The notes below the pieces were generated by a model that saw nothing but the letters and a program-made list of their open reading frames with translations, made no database searches and was not told where the DNA came from. Below, piece after piece: positions 39,372 to 52,870 of a stretch of 64,000 bases of DNA. The position numbers were made by a program, and so were the translations under genes. Position 1 is the first letter of the stretch. Every line of letters starts with the position of its first letter. The stretch comes from Eledone cirrhosa. Lineage: Eukaryota. The stretch spans positions 226,920,001-226,984,000 of the forward strand of contig OZ024743.1 in NCBI GenBank assembly GCA_964016885.1, read 5' to 3'.

Positions 39372-39490
39372 GTATATATATGTATATATATATATATATA
39401 TACCTGTATATGTGTGCGCGCCCGTATTCATATATATGCTTATAGAGTTGTAGTTCTATAGATATATTATATTTGTATGTCTATTGAGGC

Positions 39491-39569
<79 letters not shown>

Positions 39570-40506
39570 TGCCTGTGTTTTGTTTCTGTATATATATCAG
39601 TGTGTGTGTGTGTATGAATACGATACGAGCGGGCGTTTCAAAAACATATATATGATTTAACATTTTTCGTGGAAGTTTTAAAATAACGTCAAAGATAATA
39701 TCTTCTTACCTGGCATATAGAGAGAATTTCCTTTTATTTCATAATCATATTTGGCTGGTTTGTGGGTGAGTAATCTTCTCTTTGAGAATTCCTTGAATAG
39801 TTATTGATCTTTTCTTGTTGGCTGTCTTTTTTCCTATTATTTATACCATTTTTTTTATGTGCGTGTGTGTGTATATATATATATGTATATATGTATGTAC
39901 GTAAGTATGTATCTATGTATGTGTGTGTGTATGTGTGTGCGTGTATGCGTGTGGGTATAGTTTATCAGGATCATTATAATCTCATGAGAGAAAAGGTCAG
40001 TAAAAGAAATAAATATATATATGCACACACATATATATACATATATGGATATGTAGACATAGTCTACATACGGTTAGATGTGTATAATATTTTTACTTAC
40101 TTCTTCTATTGGTTAAAGTCATTAGTCTCCGACCATTCCGGGTGAAACACGTTTAATAGTTTTACTCATTTTGACCACAATACTAAAGTAGAACTTATTT
40201 TATTTACGTCGAAATGGTGAAGGTCAAATTTGCGGCGCTTGAACAGAAAACGGGTAGGAATATCGCAAAGTAATCAGTTCAACGTTCTAATGAATGTAAC
40301 TGATTAACACTTTTATTCATTTCCTCAGTGTTTGTATAGTATTCATCAATATCCACTGATATTCATGATGATGTCATTAATAATCTATACAACATACAAT
40401 TAGGTTAAAACACAAAAGTATTAGAGGCACAGTTGATGCATAAATATCTATTAAGTTTTTCATTGCATCTAAATGAACCATAATAAGAGGTCGCTCTCAC
40501 CTGAAA

Positions 40507-40553
40507 ATTCTTCTTCTTCTTCTTCTTCTTCTTCTTCTTCTTCTTCTTCTTCT
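40507..40553. repeat. (TTC)n microsatellite
   Basis: Direct observation. Confidence 0.95.
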
Positions 40554-40554
40554 T

Positions 40555-40587
<33 letters not shown>

Positions 40588-40984
40588 AAACGCATGTATG
40601 TTTTGGTTTACAAACACGATGAAAAAGTGCTCTGTACCAAAATAGTCTCTATTAAATATCTATTAAATATTTATCATTAAATTGATATTACTCTCTGTTG
40701 TGACAATGATTTTCTCGAATTGACTCTGATCGCGCAATTGGAAATACTTTTTATATAGTACAAGATACATGGCAAATATAATTGCTGTAGATAATATTAT
40801 AATATAAAAATGTTTTGACTAACAGTTTTGCTAAATATATTTTTACAAATAATTGTTAAAATGTATGAAAAAGCAAATATAGAATATATATATTGCCACC
40901 CATTTATTCTCTCGCAGACACACATTCGAAAACACATGTCCTCTTACCCGCACTTCTATACATACATACATACATACATACATA

Positions 40985-41089
40985 CATGATGATGGCTGCC
41001 CCCTCGTTATCGAGTATGGCCATTGCAAGAAGAGAAAAAAAAAAATAATAATAATAATAAATAAATAAAAAAGAAAAGAAAAAAAAGAA

Positions 41090-41120
<31 letters not shown>

Positions 41121-41852
41121 CATACACACATACATACACATACACACACACACACATATACACACACACATACATTAATAACAATAATAATAATAATAAT
41201 AATAATAACAACAATAATAATAACGACAACAACAACGATAATGATATACATATACATATATATATATACACATACACGCACACACATAAGCATATCTATA
41301 TACACACACACACACGATAGCAACTAACAGCGCTGCGATCGAATGTGGCTTTTTAGCCCAGTCAATGATCTAAAATGTCTTGCACAGAGTCGGCAACCAA
41401 AACATTCACTGGGAATAGTCGGCTGTGGTTGGAGTTCGTGTACTTTTGCATGTCGCTTGAGCCCTCCTGCTGATTTACATTCTCTACCACATGTTTGGCA
41501 AGCATGATGAGTAGCATCCCTAACAGCAGCCTGGTAGTCAACCACTGGTCTTACTTTATGACTGCGAAGATGACTTTCGAGCCCAGCTTTGCTTAGGCAG
41601 TGTCTCGCACAGACGCTGCATGTCAGCACCATAGGAGGACCCTCGCCGTCTGGAAGTGCAACAGCAATGCCCTTCCTCACATCCCGCTTTACTTTCTCGT
41701 ATGCGATTCGAGATGCCTCAAAGGCAACTTTTCCCTCATATACAGTCTTTCTTCATTTATTACGATCAGCAGCAATATTTTCCCATGTATCAGCAGAGAT
41801 GTTAGCGTCTTTCAGAGAGGCTTTCAAGGAATCCTTATACCTCTTTTTTGGT
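40985..41852 (-). mobile_element. 5'-truncated RTE-clade LINE (C-terminal C2H2 fingers and 3'UTR) between (ATAC)n tracts
   Basis: ORF 41324-41680 nearly identical to the C-terminus of 48329-48994; 3' end ...CGAGGGGGCAGCCATCATCATGTATG. Confidence 0.88.
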
Positions 41853-41897
41853 ATACATACATACATACATACATACATACATACATACATACATACA

Positions 41898-41928
<31 letters not shown>

Positions 41929-41929
41929 C

Positions 41930-43005
41930 ATCCTGATCTTCCTCAACAATTGTCATATAGAGGAAAGGACTGCAACCCATAGAATGAATTAAAAAAGACG
42001 TCAGCTAAGCATAGCTAAAAGATTCCAAATAATGAAAATAAGTATAGACTTGGAATTTAAAATTGGAATTAATTTCCAAATGTAGACTCCATGAAAAATA
42101 TTTATGTATGTTATGTGTGTTATCTCTTTCTCTTAATTTCGAGTATATATTTTTTTTGACCGGCCACCTTCCTGGTGGCAAGGTTGTAAAAGAAAAGAAA
42201 TTGTCATCCCTTGAATCGCAAGAATGTTTTGCAAATTTTGAAGGTGCCAGCTATCGCAGCCATTTGTAGACTATGAATTAGGGAGCTGCGCTTTTTGTCT
42301 GCAAATCCAAGTTCAGTCATACTTTGGTCCAAGCGGGTTGGTATATAACCCGTAGCTCTAATAATGATGGGTATGAAGCTAAAGGTGTAGCTTGGATACT
42401 GGATGTGTAAACTCCTCATCAATGGTCCGTAGATGTCCTCCTTCTCTTGTATTTTTCTGACAACGTTTACATCAAGTGGGCAGCTGATCTCCACAACAGA
42501 ACACGTTTTCAATGTGTGGTCCCAAACAACAATATCAGGCCGGTTGTGCTTTAATTTGGTGGCAGTTTTTATTTTCAGGTTCCACCAGTATTCCTTAGTG
42601 CCATCTGTCTCAATATATTCTTCCTCGTTTGTTGTTAATTTTGTTTTCCGAAGTGCATTCCAGATGGTTCTAGCTATCCCATCGTGTCTCATGGGGAGGT
42701 AGTAGCGAGATGACATTATTTCGCAGCTGGCAACAATGTGGCTTACATCCTCGATCTTTGTTATACATAGCCTACATTTATTGTCAGCTGCTGGCCCTCC
42801 TCTTTGGTGCAGCAGATATTTGGTAGGGAGTTCTTGTTCCTGTATTGCATAGAGATATCCCTCAAGGTGTGATGTCATAAACTTGTCGGAACTCCATGCC
42901 AAGCTTTTTTAGTGGTTTATCCCCTCTATGGTCTGTGTTTTACGTCTCAAGTATCCATGCACAACTTTTTCTGTAACTTCGTCAATTTTTTTATCTTGTT
43001 TGAAC
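41930..43005 (-). mobile_element. 3' fragment of a second RLE-encoding non-LTR family (R4/NeSL-like)
   Basis: ORF 42204-42902: AIQEQ, CRLC..EDVSHIVASC, RHD, NRPDIVV, VEISCP, K...Y; clearly diverged from the Dong copies; ends in (TATG)n. Confidence 0.8.
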
Positions 43006-43834
43006 ATGTATATGCATGTATGTATGTATATATTTATGTATGTTTTTATGTATGTATGTGTAAGGGAGCTTATAGATAGGACAACCCACGCTGTCTTTTC
43101 GTGGGGTAAGTTTTTAATTAATTTTTGTATTCTGAAACATCAAAATACAACAATTTGTTGGTCACTGGACTCGGGAATGTCACGACAGAAGTTTGTGGAA
43201 GTTACACAAATATTTTAGTATATTTTAGCAGAACAATCCTTATTTATATTTTACATTTTACATTTACTTACATCTCAATATAACATGGCTAAAATTCAAA
43301 TTTTGCAAAGAGAAGAAAACGGTCAAATGAACTAGATACATCTCACTGTCCCCCGGCACCACAATAACGTCTACACTCTCTCCCCACCATCACATGTCAT
43401 TACCCTATCTAGACTAAAGTCATCGACCTGTTGTCAAACTCTCTACTCTCTGTTGAATGTGTATATATATATATATGTATGTATATGTGTGTATATACAT
43501 CACTCAGTCAAACGACCAGATTTCAACCCCAACATCTACAACAACAACACCGGCACTAATGTTTACAGCAACAACAGCTTCAGAATGAACTGAAATGAAC
43601 ATTTACAACAACAACAACAGCGGCATCAAAAGATAAAAAAAACAAAACAAAAAAACTCAAAATAACAAAACACACACACACACGCACACAACACAACAAC
43701 AACATCAACTGCGACCACTGCCACCACCGCCACCACCACCGCCATCACCATCACCAGCGACCGGGCCTTAAGAAAACACTTTAATAATATTTTTTCTGCT
43801 TTTGGCACGGATCCAGCGTCTGGCCCAGCGCATC

Positions 43835-43940
43835 ACTGGTACTCTCTTTTGTTGACTCCGTGGGGATGAAAGGCAAGGTTGACCTCGGCGGGATTTAAGC
43901 TCAGAGCGTGGAGAGCCATAACTCTATGCTGTAAAGCAAT
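43835..43940 (-). mobile_element. SINE central fragment
   Basis: ggtactctcttttgttgactccgtggggatgaaaggcaaggttgacctcggcgggatttaagctcagagcg. Confidence 0.7.
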
Positions 43941-44053
43941 TATAATAATACTGGACTGTAATACGATCGGCTTCAACTATACAAACTCTTGAAAGTCAAC
44001 AGTTGACATAGTCTTGTAATCTTGTATCAGTAATGACGGTAATATATATATAT

Positions 44054-44189
44054 ATAGGAACAAGTAAGACCCCTACGGCTGAGCTCAAGCCGTCGGGGTC
44101 TTACTTGTTCCTATTACCCACTCTACTACCCTAAGTATTGAGTACTTTGGTGCGTTATGGTCCACTTGGTTCCTTACCACATTTCCTTC

Positions 44190-44193
<4 letters not shown>
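44054..44193. mobile_element. Hairpin Penelope-type fragment, same family as 6481-6695, opposite orientation
   Basis: ataggaacaagtaagacccctacggct-gagctca-agccgtcggggtcttacttgttcctat, then the tail; (TA)n both sides. Confidence 0.7.
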
Positions 44194-44234
<41 letters not shown>

Positions 44235-44447
44235 CGTTTCTGAATTTGTTTAGCAAGATTCTTTATCTGAAATCGTGTGTTGAAACCGATATTGTTATAC
44301 TTTGGGAGGGTCATGTTGCCAATAAGAAACACACGCACCAGTTGCTTTCACTTCAATTTAATTTATTATATATTTATAAATTTACAAATTTATAAATTTC
44401 TGGTTGGTTGGTTGGTTCCACAACCAGATAGTTGTTTATATATATAT

Positions 44448-44492
44448 AGTCATAGTTCTTTCGTCACACACTCTGGGACCTCTTCAGTGACT
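44448..44492 (-). ncRNA. Mirror copy of the hammerhead ribozyme
   Basis: Reverse complement of 44604-44648 with one mismatch in stem II (GTCCC vs GTGAC). Confidence 0.7.
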
Positions 44493-44603
44493 GGGGATTT
44501 CTTTCTTCGTTTCTGTGCCTTTCCTTTCTTCTATCCTACGCCACAAACAAAATGGCGTAGGATAGAAGAAAGGAAAGGCACAGAAACGAAGAAAGAAATC
44601 CCC

Positions 44604-44648
44604 AGTCACTGAAGAGGTCACAGAGTGTGTGACGAAAGAACTATGACT
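44604..44648 (+). ncRNA. Type I minimal hammerhead ribozyme, intact core
   Basis: AGTCA-CTGAAGA-G-GTCAC.AGAGTGT.GTGAC-GAAA-G.AA.C-TA-TGACT: 5-bp stem I, 5-bp stem II, short stem III, CUA cleavage triplet. Confidence 0.8.
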
Positions 44649-44799
44649 ATATATATATAAACAACTATCTGGTTGTGGAACCAACCAACCAACCAGAAAT
44701 TTATAAATTTATAAATTTATAAATATATAATAAATTAAATTGAAGTGAAAGCATCTGGTGCGTGTGTTTCTTATTGGCAACATGACCCTCCCAAAGTCT

Positions 44800-44968
<169 letters not shown>

Positions 44969-45149
44969 TGTGAGTAGCGTGTGTGTGTTTGTTTGTATGT
45001 ATGAGTGTTGCTGTGTGCGCGCGTATGTATGCGCGTGTTTGCGCGCATATGTATCCGCGTGTGTGTATGTCGTACGTATATGTGTCAATAAGTGAGTTTT
45101 TTTTTTTTCTTTTTTGCGCGGGGACATAGAAATAATCGGGCTGGATGCC

Positions 45150-45385
45150 CGATCGCGCAGTTAGACCACTGGGAGTGAAGAACCCCTAGCCCTTATCAGG
45201 GCATTCTTCTAGGAGAAGGCATCTCAGGAAACTGGGTTAACTCCGACATAAAACCTGCGGCTCAGTAGTTACCGATGATGTTGATCTTTTCTTCTTTTGG
45301 GTTATAGCTACTGTCGCTCAGAGAGTGGGATTGGCTCAGTGCACAGTCTTTCCTCACTTTAAAAATATTCGTCACGCACAGGCAT
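45150..45385 (+). repeat. Dispersed non-coding repeat, possibly RTE 5'UTR-derived; inverted partner at 49741-49970
   Basis: ccactgggag...ctaggagaaggc...cagtctttcctcactttaaaaatattcgtcacgcac is the reverse complement of 49741-49960. Confidence 0.7.
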
Positions 45386-45419
45386 CGCATGAGTGCCTTA
45401 ATAATTATTAATAGTGTAC

Positions 45420-45458
<39 letters not shown>

Positions 45459-45486
45459 TATTATTACTTTTTTTTTTTTTTTTTTT

Positions 45487-48400
45487 CTAATTCAATGATG
45501 TTCCAGAACAATATAAAAGAGATAATTGGCAATTTAGGTTCTGGAACAAAAAAGATCATTGGCAATAGGGGCAGGGTCCCAGGTTATCACAGCTTGGGCC
45601 CGCCCGTCATCGTGCCTTTTTAATAGAGCCAAACATGGCATTTATTCTTGGCTGCTGGAACGTACGGACGCTGCTTGACAGGGATTCCTTGGAGCGTCCT
45701 GAACGAAGGACCGCTCTTGTTGCAAAGGAGCTTCGACGTTACGATCTTGACATCGTGGCTTTATCTGAGACGAGGTTAGCTGGAGATGGTCATCTTACAG
45801 AATTTTGTGGAGAATATACATTCTTCTAGAAAGGAAGAGATGAAGGAACCAGAAGAGAGGCTGGGTAGGATTTGCTGTTAAGACTGTACTTGTGAATAAA
45901 TTAGAAGAATTCTCAGTAGGGATTAGTGCGCGTCTTATGTCCATGAGAGTTCCGCTGGACAAAGAAAGATATGCTACCCTGGTGAGTGTTTATGCTCCAA
46001 CTATGAATTCTGTCGATGAAGAAAAAGTGTCCTTTTACCATGCCTTGAAAGGTGTTTTAAGAAATATCCCTCAGGCAGACAAAGACATCGTGCTTGGTGA
46101 CTTTAATGCTAGAGTGGGTAGGGATTTTAACACATGGAATGTAATCGGAAGGCATGGGGTGGGAAAGTGTAACAACAATGGTATGCTCCTGCTGCAGATG
46201 TGTGAGGAGCTGGATCTGTGTGTTACCAACACCATGTTCCAACAAAAGAACATATTCAAGACCATATGGATGCATCCTGCATCTAAGGAATGGCATCTTT
46301 TGGACTACGTCCTAGTCAGGATGCGTGACAGACAGGATGTGGAGTGTGTTCGTGTTCTTCGTGGAGTTGAGTGCTGGACGGACCACCGCCTGGTACGCGC
46401 AAAAGTGAAATTAATCACTAAACGTAAAATCCGGGCTCCTGGTGTTGCCCTGCCCAAAAGATTGAATGCTGCTCGTCTTAAGGAGAAAAATGTGAAGAGG
46501 ACATTGGAAGAAGAGATGCAGGCTGCAGATCTTGGTGAGGATTGGCCGACCCTTAAAAAGTCGGTTTATGATGTAGGCAGGCGTGTTCTGGGATTGGTGC
46601 AGAGAAAACATCAGGACTTGTTTAATGAGAATGATGTACATATAGAAGACTTGTTGGCTGATAAGAGGCGTGCTCTGTCACGCTACTTGACGGCAAAACC
46701 ACAGGAGAGGAATACGTTGCATGAGGAACACAACGATGTAAAATCACGTGTTAGGCGGAGTCTTTCTCAGATGAAGGATCAGTGGTGGAGTCAGAAGGCT
46801 GGTGAGATACAAACTGCGTCAGATTCCAATAACACAAAGCTGTTGTACAGTCTCTTGCGTGAGGTTTATGGACCGTCTTCTTCTCTGGTGACACCGCTTC
46901 GAAGCAAGGATGGCAAAGAACTTCTTCGTGACTCACAAGGAATTCTACGAAGGTGGCGAGAGCACTTTGATGATCTTTTGAATCAGCCGTCTGTCGTCAG
47001 TGAAGATTTCCTCAATCTCATTCCAGAAAGTCCTGTGAAAGTAGCTCTCGCAGAACCTCCGACGCTTGTGGAGGTTGCATTGGCTATCTCGAAGCTGAAC
47101 AGTGGAAGGTCTCCAGGTATGGATGGCATACATGCTGAGCTCCTACAATATGGTGGGGAGAGACTCCTGCAACATTTTCACTCTTTGTTTGGCAGGATAT
47201 GGACTAATGAATCCGTACCTGAGGACTGGAGAGATGCAGTAATGGTGGTCTTGTACAAGGGAAAGTGGTAACTACAGAGGTATATCATTGCTTTCTGTCG
47301 TAGGGAAAGTTTTATGTAGGGTGCTTCTGGACTGTCTGCTGACACACATTTCAGATTGTGTTCTTCCTGAAAGTCAATCTGGTTTTCGTGCTGGATGCGG
47401 CACTACTGATATGATCTTCTCAGCTAGACAGCTCCAGGAGAAGTGCATGAAACAAGGCTTGGATCTGTATCAGATTTTTGTCGATCTGACAAAAGCTTTC
47501 GATACTGTTAACAGAGATGCATTATGGAAGGTTCTCCAGAAACTTGGTTGCCCCGATAAGTTCCTTGCTTTAGTTAGGTCTTTCCATGACGACATGAAGG
47601 CTTGGGTTAATGTCGGGGGTAACATGTCGGAGCCTATCTCAGTAAAAAATGAACTGAAACAGGATAATATTCCAGCACCGACCCTGTTTGCCATATACTT
47701 TGCAATGGTTTTCTTTATTGCATTCAGGAATTGCGAGCATGGTGTTTACATTCGATATCGAACCTCAGGCAGCATATTTAATATCAGGCGCTTTGCTGCA
47801 AAAACAAAAGTATTTATATCAATGTATGCAGATGATTGCGATCTTATAGCGCACACAGACAGTGATATGCAGCACATTTTGAATGCATTTTCTGACGCTT
47901 GCACTGCCCTAGGATTGACTGTCAGTCTCATGAAAACCGTCGTCATGTACCAACATTCCCCTGGTAAGCAGTACACTGAACCAAATATCAATGTGTATGG
48001 TAAACGACTTGGAGCGGTTGATCAGTTTGTCTACCTGGGAAGCACTGTCAATCGATACAACAACCTTGGCAGTGAAATCTCACTTAGGATTAGGAAAGCA
48101 AGTGATGCTTTCGGAAAGCTAGAAAGGCGACTCTGGGTTCAGCGAGACATATGCAGGAGGACAAAGGTAAAGGTGTACAAGGCATGTATGCACTCTTGTC
48201 TTCTTTATGCTTGCGAGACCTGGGTCACATATCGACACCACCTTAAGCAATTGGAGCGTTTCCATCAGATGTGTCTCAGACGGATCCATGGCGTTCACTG
48301 AAGGGACCACATCAGTGATGTCGAGATTTTGGAAAGCTCTATGTGTGACAGTATAGAAACTCTTGTGCTTAATCAACGACTCCGTTGGAGTGGTCACCTT

Positions 48401-49023
48401 GCCAGGATGAAGGATTCTAGAGTACCAAAACAACTCTTTTATGGAGAGTTGGTTAAAGGAAAACGACCGCCACATAAACCAAAAAAGAGGTATAAGGATT
48501 CCTTGAAAGCCTCTTTGAAAGACGCTAACATCTCTGCTGATACATGGGAAAATATTGCTGCTGATAGTAATAAATGGAGAAAGACTGTATATGAGGGAAA
48601 AGTTGCCTTTGAAGCATCTCGAATCGCATACAAGAAAGTAAAGCGGGATGTGAGGAAGGGCATTGCTGGTGCACTTCCAGACGGCGAGGGTCATCCTATG
48701 GTGCTGACATGCAGCGTCTGTGCAAGACTCTTTGGACTTGAAAGTCATCTTCGCAGTCATAAAGTAAGACCAGTGGTTGACTACCAGGCTGCTGTTGGAG
48801 ATGCTACTCATCATTCTTGCCAAACATGTGGTAGAGAATGTAAATCAGCAGGAGGGCTCAAGCGACATGCAAAAGTACATGAACTCCAACCACAGCCGAC
48901 TATTCCCAGTGAATGTTTTGGTTGCCGACTCTGTGCAAGACATTTTAGATCATTGGCTGGGCTAAAAAGCCACATTCGATCGCAGCGCTGTTAGTTGCTA
49001 TCGTGTGTGTATATATGTGTTTA

Positions 49024-49055
<32 letters not shown>

Positions 49056-49236
49056 TATATGTATATTATTATCGTTGTTGTTGTGGTTATTATTATTGTT
49101 GTTATTATTATTATTATTATTATTATTGTTATTAATGTATATGTGTGTGTGTATATATATATGTGTGTATATATGTATATGTATGTGTGTATATATATAT
49201 TTATATATTTCTTTTTTTTTTATTTTATTTTATTTT

Positions 49237-49270
<34 letters not shown>

Positions 49271-49319
49271 TTCTCCTCGTGCAATGGTCATACACGATAA
49301 CAAGAGGGCAGCCATTATC

Positions 49320-49322
<3 letters not shown>
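45487..49322 (+). pseudogene. Near full-length degenerate RTE-clade LINE (APE, RT, three C2H2 fingers)
   Basis: ORFs 45635-45829, 45892-47271, 47288-48301 and 48329-48994: CWNVRTL, ALSETR, VYAPT, LGDFNARVG, LDYVLV, TDHRLV, SPGMDGI, QSGFR, DLTKAFD, YADD, FVYLGS, LRWSGH; in-frame stops at 45827 and 48299 plus frameshifts. Confidence 0.9.
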
Positions 49323-49374
<52 letters not shown>

Positions 49375-49500
49375 TGGTTACACAACAGTTAGTTCACCAT
49401 ACCGAGAACAATTGTTTCACCTTAGCGTAACCACTTCTACCTAACTCGTCCCATGGACTGAGTGCTCTACCACTACGGATATTACCTTTCAGTGTTCCAC

Positions 49501-49544
<44 letters not shown>

Positions 49545-49555
49545 TATAATAATAA

Positions 49556-49741
49556 TTGTTTCTACTATTGGCACAATGCCAGCAAATAAACAGTACATTA
49601 CTGGTACTTTATTTCATCGACCCCCGTAAGGATGAAAGGCAAAGTTAACCTCGGTTGGATTTGAACTCAGAATGGCAAGGGCCGTAACTCTATGCGTCAA
49701 AGCAAGGCGTCCAACGCTCTACTGATACTGCCAATTCACTG
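49556..49741 (-). mobile_element. tRNA-derived SINE
   Basis: Same body and tail; (AAT)n at the 3' end. Confidence 0.85.
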
Positions 49742-50195
49742 TGCGTGAAGATATTTTTTTAATGTGAGGAAAGACTGTGCACTGAGCCAATCCTACTCTC
49801 CGAGCGACAGTAGCTATAACCCGAAAAGAAGAAAAGATCAACATCATCGGTAACTACTGCGCCGCAGGTTTTATATCGGAGTTATCCCAGTTTCCTGAGT
49901 TGCTTTCTCCTACAAGAATGCCCTGACAAAGGCTAGGGATCTTTCCCTCCCAGTGGTTTAACCGCGCGGTACATGTGTATATACATATTTACACACTTTT
50001 GGATGACTGTTGACTCTTATGAGCTCTACGGCCCTTTGTCAGGTTTTGTTTTTTGTCCTGCAGGGTGTCCAATGTCACCCTCCTCACCAAGTAAAATTGG
50101 TGGGGTTGCCGGATTAGTCGCCGACGACCCGACCATGTTACAGATTGTACTGGGTTACATGATTTTACCAGTAGCACTCAAGAGTGAACCGACAT
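49741..50195 (-). repeat. Second, longer copy of the dispersed non-coding repeat at 45150
   Basis: 49741-49960 is the reverse complement of 45150-45385; continuation to 50195 is inferred. Confidence 0.6.
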
Positions 50196-50196
50196 A

Positions 50197-50246
<50 letters not shown>

Positions 50247-50252
50247 CATAAA

Positions 50253-50308
<56 letters not shown>

Positions 50309-50735
50309 AATATATATTTGCTTTGGAATGTTCTTGATATGAAATCGTGTGTCGAAACAAATATTGTTACTCTTGGCGAGGGTCCTATTGTTGTAATAAT
50401 ATTGCCAGAAATAATAACAGAACACACTCTGTTTGGTTGGTTTTCGCTCTGTATCTTTTACATCTCCATAGTTAATTTATTTGGCAATCAATGTTTATTA
50501 TTGATTGACCAACGGTTAGAAATACAGATATAAATATATAGACGTAACATATATTACGCAACCCCCACCTAAACATACCCCTCCTTGACTATAGCCCCCC
50601 CCCCCCCACCCATAACCCAGATGAATAGGTAGCCTAAGGGTGGACCAGTCCCCTACAAGATTTGTGTTTGTGTGTGTGTGTTTATGTGTGTGTGTGTATG
50701 TGTGTGTGTGTGGGGGGGGGGGGGTATTCTCCTTT

Positions 50736-50770
<35 letters not shown>

Positions 50771-51944
50771 TATGTATATATGTGTGTGTACGTGTGCGCA
50801 TGCATGAATGCATGTGTACGTGTATTGTATACATGTATATTGTATATATATATATATATATGTATACATGTGTATTATATTGTGTGAATGTGTATATGTG
50901 ATATGTATATATATATATGTATGTGTATATGTGTATATGTGTGCGTATGATATGTATATATGTGTGTATGTATGTATATTTTTTCTGTAGAAGTCTTCTC
51001 TATATGTGGTGTTTGGCATGAATTCCTCCTATAATACTCTTCTTTGAGAGGAGCACGATATGTAGAGTAACACATAGGTATTGTCGCAGTTGAAACTGAG
51101 AACCACCACCCCTCCTGCTGACCCAAATGTTTACTGAGGACCAGAACACCATTCTCCGCAATATAAGAGAGGAATACGCTTGCCGGACTATTGATGACCA
51201 AAACATCACATTCCAAGGTAATGGCAAAACACAGTGAATGCTATACACGACCAGAACACCACAACATGCACATCGGAGCAACAGATATATAATATCAATA
51301 AGCGAATCAATCGAATTTTTTGAGTTGAAATACATATAAATATGTGTCTGTGTGTATCGGACACACGTACACATGAAGAAACTGCTGACCTAAATGTACC
51401 TGTCATGCCTGTCTGAATTCCTAAGAGAATATTCGGTCAGTTACTATCTTGACCGATTACCCTCACAATTACTACGTAGCGGTTCTTGCACGTGACTGCT
51501 AGACCCGGATGAAACGAAGACGAAGAATTTCCTTGCGTACCGTTTTGTACCACAGATGTGATCTCACTCTGTCTCGTTAATGTTCAATCGACACCAAAGT
51601 TCTACGTTCTGGGCAATAGAATTGAATCCAACCACCGACAACATAGTTGGATGACCGATAATCACACCAAACCGGAGTACTGTGATCCTTGTGATTTCGA
51701 GATATACAACCACTGATACTGTTACGAAGACCAGAAAACCATACTCCATAATATTGAATCAACTGATTGATTTGTGCGACCAAAATAACACCACACACAT
51801 ATTGAACTAGGAATATTGGATCCTCCGTCAATGTCTGGGTGAGCAAAAATAGATTCCTATCTGCATTGTAATTTACGAACTTGTGCATCTGCTGTGGTGT
51901 CAAAAACAAACGCACATGACCGCACAGATGAACAATGGACTATG

Positions 51945-52870
51945 CCACGTGGGTTGAACCTGCAAGTGAATTGAAGGCTGTGTAACTCTGATATACAGAT
52001 TATTTATTATTAAGATGTATAAACTTGACATAACTATTATCATCTTATATTCTCTCAACTTATCACATTTGATTATATTTCTCTATCCCGTTTTCTCCCC
52101 CATATTTATAATATTTTTATTCGAAAACATCGGTTTTTTTACATTGTGTTTTTTTACATTGTGTTTTGCCCTTTCTAATACTTGCTTATATTTCTTTATA
52201 TATTCTCTATATATTTTTTTATATATATTTTTTTAATCTTTATTCTTATTTTCACTTTTATCCTCCTTTATATTTTACCTTATTATTACTTTTATAACAT
52301 ATTATAGTGCAATCTTCCCCATGCTTTATTATACATTATTAATTATAGATTATTATTATTACTCTTTTTCCATTTCTAATTACCTCATGTACTTTCTCCT
52401 CCGTTATTTATATATATATATTGTATGCCCTTTGTGTGTGTGTGTAGCCTCTGCACACCCTCTGCACCCTACTATCGACGCCACCCCATCTATGGCTCAA
52501 CTAACCACTCGACTCCCGGGAATGAATATGACCACAGCTAGTAAACAAGGACCCACACCCCACCCCCCCGCACCAAAATTAGACTTATCGTCCCCTGCTT
52601 TGGCTCTTTATTCTCTTTACTCTTTGTTCTTGAATGTTTGGTTGGTAGAGTCCATAACACCAATCAAACCCCTTTTATAGCTCTGACGAATCCTACGGTT
52701 ACGTAAGGAAGAAACATTGTAAGCCAATAAAAATCTTTTGATGTTGTAGACGCTCTTGTGTTCTTTATCATATATACGACTCTGCCCCAAAGCATAGAGC
52801 TAATTATTATGCTGCCAATACCTTAATGGGACACGGGTATACAATACCTAACTCCTATTAACCTAAGATA
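51945..52870 (+). mobile_element. Probable Penelope-like 3' terminal region
   Basis: GGGTTGAACCTGCAAGTG (GLN.. as at PLE ORF ends), T-rich UTR, hammerhead motif at 52680, AATAAA, ends in (TA)n. Confidence 0.5.
52680..52724 (+). ncRNA. Type I hammerhead ribozyme motif
   Basis: GCT-CTGACGA-A-TCCTACG.GTTA.CGTAAGGA-A-GAAAC.ATT.GT-A-AGC; core intact, stem II closing pair non-canonical. Confidence 0.6.

Noticed and set aside
50060-50140. HDV-like ribozyme around CCCTCCTCACC
   Set aside because: I could not build the P1/P2/P3 nested pseudoknot by eye on either strand.
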